Source: Guillardia theta CCMP2712
Lineage: Eukaryota; Protista; Cryptophyta
Direction of reading: 5' to 3'
Length of the DNA: 64,000 nt
Assembly (NCBI RefSeq): GCF_000315625.1
Contig: NW_005434626.1
Location: 135,448 to 199,447 of the forward strand
The notes below the pieces were generated by a model that worked only from the letters and a program-made list of their open reading frames with translations, was not told the DNA's origin and did no database searches. Below are positions 54,429 through 64,000 of the stretch, piece after piece (within the stretch, counting starts at the first letter, position 1; every line of letters begins with the position of its first letter). The position numbers and the translations under genes are program-made.

Positions 54429-57400
54429 CTAGCACTTTCCCCTCCAATAAGGAGAGGTCTTGGGTACCTTCCAGTCCTCCCAGCTGAAGATCTTGTTGTC
54501 AAGGCCTTTGTACTTGAATTCCTCAGTCATCCCGTCGGAGGGAAAGAAAACCGCAAACTTGGACTTGGGCAAGAGGGGATCTTCTGCTTGCACGACCTTG
54601 CCTACGTACCAACGATGGGGTTTCTGCAAGAAGCAGTCAGTTCGAGACAAGACGAGCGATGTCAGGTTTCCTGGTACATCCGCTGGTACTTGCGAGTCAC
54701 AAGAAGGTATCGCCCCGGCTTCTTCCGCTTCTTCGCATTCTCTTCGAGATCATCTTCCCGCTCCTCGAAGAGCACACACAGGAGCTTCCCCACTTCAATG
54801 TCCTTCGAGCGATAGTCGTGGCGTTGGCTCCACCATTTCTCCATGAACTGTACCTGCTTGGGGGATAGGACCTCTTCCTCCTCGTTCACATAGATCTCTG
54901 CGTCGATCATGAACTGTTTCTCCTGCTGTCCTAATTTACAACTTGAAGGTGCTCCTGCTGGCCACTTGGCTATTTCTTGCCCCGATTCCGACCCTTCACT
55001 GTCCACTGCCAACTTTCGCTTTCGCGATACAGTCGGTCGCTGTGCTCCACCATCTTCACGAGCCTTAGAGTTTTCAGCTGCAGGATCATGGGCAGCCTCC
55101 TGTCCCTCTACCTGGTCGACCGTTTCCTTGTCCATGTGCTCGCTGCCCTGGAGCAGGACTTCACTCGGTCTAGCCGGGGCCACTCGCTTGTCGAGCATGA
55201 ATACCAGGTCGAGGTCTCTGCACATGAACAACTTTGCCTTGCTCCATTTCTTCCTGTCCTGCAGAAGGTCCAAGGCCTCGAACTCGATCTCAAAGCTGCC
55301 GAACGTTTCCTTGAAGGTTTTGGTGGCTTCCGGGAGGGAGTTCTTCCTTTCTTTAGTCACTCTGTGTGCATTCTGTAGGCCGGAGAGGATCACTCTGGCT
55401 TGCTCCTGCTCTTCTCTTGTGCTCATCAACTGATGGAGCAAGTGAACAACTTCAGCACCATCGATTCGAGAGATCTGATCTCCATTTCCGTTGATTCTCT
55501 CAAACAAAGAGCTCAATGCAAGGACAATTTCGTTAGTTTCCTCCTGATCATCTGGTATGACAGGCGTCGTCGAATCAGACCCAGCAACATTCTCACCATT
55601 CTCTACTTCACTTCTGCCGCTCATGGAATCCTTTAAGGTGCTCTCCGTTGTTTGATCGCACATATGTGAGCCCCTATTAGCTTCAATTGAGTTGGACGAG
55701 TCGTCCTGTGCGACGGACTGCAAACTTGGCACGCTGGTCGTTTGCGTTGCTTCATGAGCTGTTGAACCACCTTCTTCTTGAAGACTGTTTTCAGCTTGTC
55801 GATTTTGTTCAACTCTTGCATCAGATGCAGTAGCTGTTTGAGGAGAATCGCGCTGTAGTAGTTGACTTGGAGGACATGTTTGTGTTGATGCATCAACTCT
55901 TTCCACTGCAGCCAAATGTGGCGAGGCCTCAATATCAGGCGTAGTTGTTAAACCTTTGGAGTTCAGCATCGACGAGTTCTGATGCTGGAATGGTAAATCG
56001 TAAAACGATTTCATTTCTTCATAGACTTTCTCCAAGCTCTTCCCCAACTGCTTTCGAGCGAGCAGCTCGGATTTCAATTTGATCATCATGTCGTCTTCAA
56101 AACATTTCATGACGACGAGGAGATTGTTCTTCAAGTCTCCTCCCTCTTGAAACGCGGCATCTTTCTCCAAATTTACCTCCCTGTACACAATGTCCACCTT
56201 ACTGTCTTGAATCGACAAGAAATGTTTCTTTAAGCACTTTCGCAGCGTTTTGATCGTTTTGACATGTTTCGAGAAACAGCGCTTGAGCCTTCTCATTGCA
56301 GGGGTATTCGTTGTTTCATCGTAGGATGGGTCGAGATCACTGTCATCGTGCCTTTGACTAGCAAGATAGCAGGTCTGCCACTCATTTCTGTGATCTGCAT
56401 GATCATGATTTGTCGACAGACTCTCTGAGGTACCAGGGTACCAGGAACACAAGGTTGGAAGTAAAACAACAAATCAGATTCGATAGCAACTATGCAGCTT
56501 CTTTACCTGCATGCTGTGAAGTATCCCCTACGCACGCAGCGCTCTTGCCATTCACCACCCCCATCCTGATGATTGTGAGCTGGCTAACCCAAAGTGACAA
56601 GCAATATTTACCTGTGCGAAGTTGGACAGTCAGGAAACCCATTGATCGTTCCGTAGCACAACGAAACATTTTCTGCCCATCGTCCAGACTCTGCACAACT
56701 CATCGCAACATCCGCATCCCTTGCCTCATTATCAGCATCTATCTGACGACCATGGTGGTCTGGCTGTGATGATGAACTTGCATTCTTGACCTCGATGAGA
56801 GTTGATTCTGTACTTCCTGTATCGGCCAAGACAAGAGGGACTGGATCGCAATCAAGAATGTCTTCATTTTGCAAATTGGTATGATCAAGAGCATCATCTT
56901 CCAACGTAACGGAGAGATTGCACATGTCTTTGTGTAAGAGGTGCAGACCGATCCAATGGTCGTTTAGCAATATGGCTCGTTGAAAGAAGCTTTTGTTTGT
57001 AATCCCGTCACTGATCAGATCTTGCAGGGTCTCATGGAGCTTGTCAATCGCAATCACATCGACTTCTTCACTTCCCAGCTTGATCAGATGTCGACCTGTC
57101 ATCTTGCACAAATGTTCTTCTTGCTGCAACTCATCCCACTGGATTTGACCAGAGATAGCATGAAGAAAGGATCGAGAGAGAGCGAAGAGATGATCATCAA
57201 TCTCAACACATTTCACAACTTCACATGTGTCGTTGAGAGTTTCAGGAACATCCAGATGAACGTGAAGTTCCGTGTTATCAGCTCTCGTGACCCTCTTGAA
57301 AAATTCTTTGCAGTAGTACAAGACGTGTCTCTCTTCCTCTTTGAATAAAACCCTTTCCACTTCCACCGGGAAGTCCTCTACAACAGAATCACAAGCAACC

Positions 57401-59890
57401 AAAATTTTGATTTGTTTCATCACCTTCCAAAGAATCGACAGTTTCTTCTGCTGTGTTGTGTTCAGCTGTCACTATATTTGTTGACGGACCCATGTCTGTC
57501 GCCTTCTGTTGACATTTGATCAAAATGTGAACGCTATTTGATTCTAGCAAAGCATTACCCTCGCATCTGACTCGATTGATCCAGGGACAGCATCATAAAC
57601 AACAGAGTCATCTTCAGATGCTGCAATTTAGTTTAGGATTGATAAAAGGACCCACCAAAACACACCTGAACCCTTCTCATTCGTAGATCTTAGTTCCTCA
57701 TTCTCAGAGGAAATATTTCTTTCAAAATTTGAAGGTTGGTCTATTACAGATGCAGCCTCCTGGACCCTAGATACAATTTCCTCGTAAAACGTACTATGGA
57801 TACTACTACATTTGTCGCCATTGACGCTCTTGGAAGAATCTGAACACCTCAGATTAAATATTTCATCCTGCAGCGTTGCAAAGTCATTTCCTTTGTCCCT
57901 CCAGAAACGGTTTACCATCATCGTAGTGCGACGAAATGGCAAACAGATCAGAATTTGGTCGCCGCAGCCCTCACTCATTACACTCTCATCGCGATTTTGT
58001 TCAAGATTGTTGGCCTGAGAGGAAGCAAAATGGCGCTCAAGGTTACACCAGTGTTCATCCAATCGTCTTGCTTTCTCACGAAATAGTCTGATTTGCTCTC
58101 TAGGCTTTTGACGAATTTTGAGAGGTTGTTCCTTCAATATATTCCGAACAATATCCTTCAAGCACGCATGCAAATTCTTCACTTTTATAGAATCATCTGA
58201 ACCATCTTCTCCTTTGTCACCGATTGCTCTCAAAATTGCCTTTCTAAGCTCAACAGAGAAACTTGCCTCGTTGTTGATAAAAGAGAAGAAGTCTGTTTTG
58301 CTTATACTCCATTCTCCATCTTTTTCAAAGCATGCGATAGTCACAAAGCGACTGTGACGAGATAACTCCAATAGGCCATCTTGCTTCAGACGACCGAAGT
58401 AGTATTCCTTGACAACCACATTGGACAAGTTTTCTTGATTCCTCTCAACCCCGGAATCGTTATTTTCATTTTCGTACACATTGTTCGAGTCATGGTTTTC
58501 CAGCCATCGAGAATCTGCATCCACACACAATTTACAATCTTCCAATTTGGTCTTCGCCTTTTTCAAGATATCATCTAAATCCGTAAGATTGAACGTCGCA
58601 ACTCTCTCGTTCGTGAAAGTTCGGAATTGAAACACCTCATTCATCACCCTTTCGATGGTTTTTTCCTTACGAAGAGGAGAAAGGCCGAGAGCAAATTGCA
58701 TGAAAGTTATTGCAGACACGAAAAAAATGTTTTCCTCTCGCTTGAAAAGCATCAAAGATCTTTGCCTTCCATAACATTTGTCCTTTAACATCAGAAAATA
58801 TCCTCCTTGCGTTCCTCTCAAGAACCTGAAGCCTTCACCTGCGCAAGTAATCACCTCAAAACTGAGCAGATATTTTTTCGGTTGCATTTTTGTTCTTCAA
58901 CACAGTATCACAGACACGTGTCTATTACAAAACAGTTTTCATGCAAAGGCGCACTCAGTCCAACAAAGTTATCACGAATGCGAGTCTAAGTCATCCTTTT
59001 CTCACCTTCACGGATCATATCGTCATTCTTTAGCATGTCCTTCGTTAACCCTATTGTTGGTAATTTGACTTCTCTTCGACACATGTAAGACTCGATCACA
59101 TTCATTTCCTCATTGATTCCATCCAGACTGCTGGTTGCTCCAAACAAAACATCTTCTTTCCTCAAGTTTTCGATACCTTCCTTTAGACCTGCCTTCGATC
59201 CACATTTCAGGCCTGGAGCGTTCCCATCGAACAAGATCCCAAGAACTGCATCTTTGAACTCATTGAGGTAAACGAGGTCCACAGCACTCGTGCCCTGAGG
59301 TGCTGCGATGATTTTGAGTCTCTCCTTCCACTTCTCCCTCCTTTTCAGCTCTCCGATCACAGCAGAGGAGTAGTGGACAATGCTGTTCACGGCTAAGGCT
59401 TTACGATTGAAGAATGACCTGCAAGACAGAAGAAGCAAGTGATACGAGAAGAATTATAGGAGTCAAGACACTTCAAAGCCAACAGGTCAACACTAACCGC
59501 ACAAAATGAGCTGCAGCGACGTAGATCTCATCTTTCTCTGTGAACTTCAAGACCGAAAGCTCAGCTCCAAGAATCGCGTCGCAGTTAAGAAAGACTTTGA
59601 ATTGAATCTTGGATAATATCAGTCGAACGGCAAGAGACAACACTTCAAGTTACGCATTCGTCTTCATACTTGTTTGACATCCTTCCTCGTTTCGCAGGGA
59701 CGCAAGCCTGTCAGAAGCCACCTTCACTGTTTGATAGCAGGGTATTCTCTGCTCATTTGCATTGGTTACAAATACTCGTCTACACTGAGCATTGCACTCT
59801 ATGCTACTCAGCAATTGAACAAAACAAACTTGCAACGGCCTAACATCGGCTACCATCAGCCAGACTTTGACTTCAGTTGCTGATGGCAAA
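54429..59890 (-). CDS. Large hypothetical protein (long exons, lower GC) with possible C-terminal Tudor-like domain
   Basis: Co-oriented ORFs of 150, 419, 271 and 596 aa separated by short intron-sized gaps. C-terminus IEVGKLLCVLF...WYVGKVVQ...FAVFFPSDG resembles a Tudor/SH3-like barrel. The 5' end is unresolved and near a gap. Confidence 0.55.
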
Positions 59891-60335
59891 ACAACAAGGA
59901 CTGTATGAGTAAAATGATCGTGAACATGTGTGAATATATAGTGAGGTGCTCACACAAAAACACTGAAGGAAGATTGCTGCGTTGAGAATAAGACGACAAG
60001 GAGCGTGGAAAGACGAAGCAAACCCATCTCAGACAACATAGTATCTTCAACTTCAGAAAAGATGGAATTGGATCCCTCACATATTTCGCATGAAGTATTC
60101 ATGCATCCAACCTATGACAGCTGTGATGGATGGGGACGAACAGCAAAAAATCTAATATCAACGCCAAAAAGAATGGAAGATAGCAGGCCGAGGTTGGATT
60201 ATGACAGAAAGTTGTTGGAAAACCAATTAAGATAGTGTAGTTCGAAAAGATCACGAGAAGAGGAGGCAGTGGAGTAGGTGGAATCCGGGCAATATCAACT
60301 ATTTTGTCTGAAGACGTGATGAAAGATGATGTAGA

Positions 60336-60435
60336 NNNNNNNNNNNNNNNNNNNNNNNNNNNNNNNNNNNNNNNNNNNNNNNNNNNNNNNNNNNNNNNNN
60401 NNNNNNNNNNNNNNNNNNNNNNNNNNNNNNNNNNN
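60336..60435. other. Assembly gap (N run)
   Basis: 100 N. Confidence 0.99.
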
Positions 60436-60686
60436 AGTACATATCATTCTGCAATACAGGGGTACTCGCAAGTTAAGTACCCCCTGTATTCCAGATAGCT
60501 TTCAAATTTAAGTGGGTGGATGGGTGGGTGGGTATTTGGATATGTGGGTGGGTGGGTGGGTGTAGCCTTGTAAAGTAGGCCGAAAGCAGCGTGGGCCGAA
60601 AGGGCGGTCAAATGTGCTGTATGAGGGTACGCGAGGTCTGAGAGGGGATGAGGGATGCAAAGTGGGGCCTTTGTATGACCGGCGCA

Positions 60687-62467
60687 ATGCAGCGACTGGT
60701 GGTATGGTTAGCGCTGATTGCGGAGACGATGGGCTTCATGATGGGGGGGACGGGAGGAGGAGGAGGAGGGAATTTCAGGTCGAAGAATGCGGCATCTGCC
60801 CGAAGGTACGGAGCGAGCATGTTTGGAGCTTCATTTCTCTTCTTGATTTGTCGTGATGTTAGCAAACTTAAATGCTTTCACTGCTTCCAACCAACGAATA
60901 GCATCAAATTTGCAAGGAAATGCGTCAGTGTTGAGATGAAATCAGAGGCTGCGGAGAAAGAGAAAGTTCCTCTCCCTCAACCTGTCCCTGGTTCACGATC
61001 TTGACACCACTGTTTCCATCGGCTTGTGACGTTTCGGCAGGATTCTTTCCTCTCTGGGAACAGAATGTTCTCCAGACTCTTGGGTTGCTCAATCCCGATG
61101 ACGCCAAAGTTGCAAATCTCCCATTTCTTGCGCAAGCCATCGCAGACAGGCCCAAGGACTACCTGCAGCAACTCTTAAATTACTCGCTCAAGTACGGGGG
61201 GATTTTCAAGGTGAGAACGGTTTTGAGATGGAGAGGCTGAGCATAGCTACAAGGTCTGCCTACTTCCGAAGGCTTTCCTTATCGTCTCCGATCCAACTGT
61301 CGTCCGGCACATTCTTTCAGAGAAGTTGGATCTCAGAGCACGGAGAACCTCTATTGATGCTCTTGTGCAGTGCCCTCAAGTACGACAAAGGGATCTTGGC
61401 TGACATCTTGGAGGTAGGGAGCAAGTCGCTCCCTTCTTGCTCACCGCTGTCCTCACTGTCACTTTGTGCTGCAGCCAATCATGGGGAAGGGGCTGATCCC
61501 AGCCGATCTGCCCACCTGGCAGCCGAGGAGACGAGCGGTGGTTCCAGGGTTCCACAGCTCGTGGTTGCAGAGCATGGTGTGTAGCTCGAGTTGTGCTCGC
61601 CATGCTCACCAGTAGATGGCAGTGGGGCTCTTCTCTCGGTGCTCTGACAGGATGGTAGGAGCTCTGAAGGAGAGCATGCAGAGAGGTATGGGGCCGATGA
61701 GTTCTTGCTGGAGAACTCAAGAGCGAGCAGGAGAGGAGGTAGATCTCGAGAGCATGTACAGCAGCGTCGCACTGGATATCATCGGAGAAGCAGTCTTCAA
61801 CTTCAAGTTCCTCTCTGTGCAGCGGAAAAGCCCTGTGATCGACGCGGTCTACAACCTGATGCAAGAAGCGGAGCACAGATCTTTTTTCCTCCTTCCGTAC
61901 TGGAAGGTCCGCAGGCTGAACGCGCGAGTCTTCTGCTCATGATCCGAGCAGGTTCCTGTGCTGGGGTTCCGGTTCCTCGGCCTGGGCCCGCTGGTTGAGA
62001 GGCAGCAGAGGTTTGAGCAGGACATCGAGTTGATCAACGACTGCCTGGACGAGCTGATCAAAGAGGCGCTACTGACCCGGTCCGAGGAAGACATCGAAAC
62101 CCTGCAGAAGCGCGACTATGATGCTGTTGCCTCCCTCCTCCTGGCTAGACTTGTCCGCTGACATGTGCTCCACAGCTCGAGAACCCTTCCCTTCTCCGCT
62201 TCCTCGTCGACATGCGAGGAGCCGATGCGACTGAGAGGTTGAGGGAGGGGGCGAGCGGGCGCTGGCTGATACAAGGAGCAGGCAACTGCGAGATGATCTT
62301 ATGACGATGATGATAGCGGGGCATGAGACGACGGCTGCACTGTTGACTTGGACGACCTTCTGCCTCCTGACCAACCCGGAGGAGATGAAGAAGGTGCATC
62401 AGGAGATCGAGGATGTGCTGGGGGGGAGGAGAGCAACTTATGAAGACATTTTAAAGATGGAGAAGGT

Positions 62468-62510
<43 letters not shown>

Positions 62511-62517
62511 TCACTTG

Positions 62518-62573
<56 letters not shown>

Positions 62574-63861
62574 CCTGCTCCTTCTCCTCCTCCTCCTCCT
62601 CCTCCTCCTCCTCCTCCTCCCTGCTGTTTTCCTACCTTATCCTTGTGGCGCAGACTCGTCTCGCTCTCGCAGAAGCCCTCAGGCTCTACCCCCAGCCCCC
62701 CATTCTCATCCGCCGAGCGCTGGATGACGATGTTCTCCCACTTGCCTGGGGTAACGAGAAGCAGGTCAGAAGGCTAGTCCTCATCCTCATCCTCATCCTC
62801 ATCCTCATCCTCATCCTCATCCTCATCCTCATCCTCGTCCCCGTCCCCGTCCTTGTCTTCATCCCCGTTCTCTCCCCCAACTCCTGGAGTGCAGGTGAAA
62901 GTCTTCCGGGGGACCGACATCTTCATGCTGGTCAAGAGCTCATGACTAACGTGCGGGGCAGCAGCTGACGGGCTTCAGGTTTGGAACCTCCATCGCTCTC
63001 CCGTGCTGTGGGGAGACGACGCCGATGCCTTCCGACCTGATCGGTGGTTGTCCTCGCGGAGCAACCCAGACGTTCCCGGTGAGGAGAGGAAGAGGAAGAG
63101 AAGGAGGAGAGGAAGAGGAAGAGAAGGGGGAGAGGATAGGAAAGGGAGAGGAGGGAGAGGGGAGGAGGGGAGGTGTGGGAAGGAGGAAGGGCAGAGGGCG
63201 GGCAGCTAGTGCGATGGTTGTGACATTCTGTGAAGGATGGGAAGGATACAAGCCGAACATGAAGAATCTTTACCCCAACGAGGTCTCGTCAGGTGCCGGT
63301 TGCTCCTGTTCTCCTCCCTCCTCACCTCCGAGCGCCAGACTTTGCCTTCTGCCCCTTCGGTGCTGGCCCCCGCAAGTGCATCGGCGATCAAGTGGGTAGT
63401 TGTAGTGGTCACCGGGTAGCTGGTTGAAGTAGAGAAGGAGGAGGGAAGGAGAGGAGGGAAGGAGGGGAGGGGAGGAGAGGAGGGGAGGGGAGGAGAGGAG
63501 GGGAGGGGAGGAGGAGTGTTGTTGTTGATGTCTTGGCTTCAGTTCGCGTTCCTCGAGTCAGTTGTGATCTTGTCGAGAGTGCTGCAAGAGTTCGACATCC
63601 AACTTGCTACCTCACCCGAAGAGGTCTTCTCCTTCCTTCTCCTTCCTGTCCCCGCCCCCCTCCCCCCCCCCATCCTTTCTTATTTCCTCCGCTCCCAACT
63701 CTCCTCTCACTCTCCTCTTCCCCTTCTTGCTCATCCTCGTCGGATCCTCGAACTCATGGACTGCTGGAGTTCAGGTGGGCATGACGACGGGTGCGACCAT
63801 TCACACGGAGAAAGGGTTGAAAGTCTCCCTGCGCGCGAGGAAGAACGTGCCTGCAGCTTGA
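60687..63861 (+). CDS. CYP97: Cytochrome P450 CYP97 family (carotenoid hydroxylase), plastid-targeted, multi-exon
   Basis: [95 protein letters not shown]-terminal signal peptide followed by Phe (AETMG/FMMG). Confidence 0.93.
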
Positions 63862-64000
63862 CGAGACTGAAGGCGATCGAAGGAAGCAGAGGAGGGAGGA
63901 GGGAGGAAGAGGAAGACGAGGATGAGGAGGACTACAGTTAAAGACATGTACATTCTCATCTCTTGACTGGGATCTCTGCCCTGGTCTTTCTGCTTCCTTC

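Overview
Gene-dense, intron-rich eukaryotic nuclear DNA with short GT/GC-AG introns (mostly about 40-60 nt, CTGAC-like branch points) and microsatellite-filled introns. The style and a plastid-targeted CYP97 with a bipartite leader suggest a secondary-plastid alga, probably a cryptophyte such as Guillardia theta (inference). Bases 1-5890 are a nested, scrambled array of 5'-truncated RLE-type non-LTR retrotransposon fragments. About 19 protein genes follow: a CBS + voltage-sensor + double-PTEN phosphatase, a CEP164-type WW/degenerate kinesin, a beta-helix protein, a 4x Zn2Cys6 factor, an SDR, a SMYD, Nop16, a TPR-DNAJC8 fusion, PRP5/DDX46, TM9SF, a pepsin-like protease, CYP97 and several unknowns. 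The top finding is a spliceosomal-intron-containing, catalytically intact bacterial-type family C DNA polymerase (DnaE / Pol III alpha) at 34511-38878. It lacks the PHP domain and carries a signal-peptide-like leader, a PIP-box-like motif and an NLS-like motif. Other strong findings are a circularly permuted pepsin-family protease (51521-53907) and the voltage-sensing tandem phosphatase (6534-11241). Exon boundaries were inferred by eye and are approximate.
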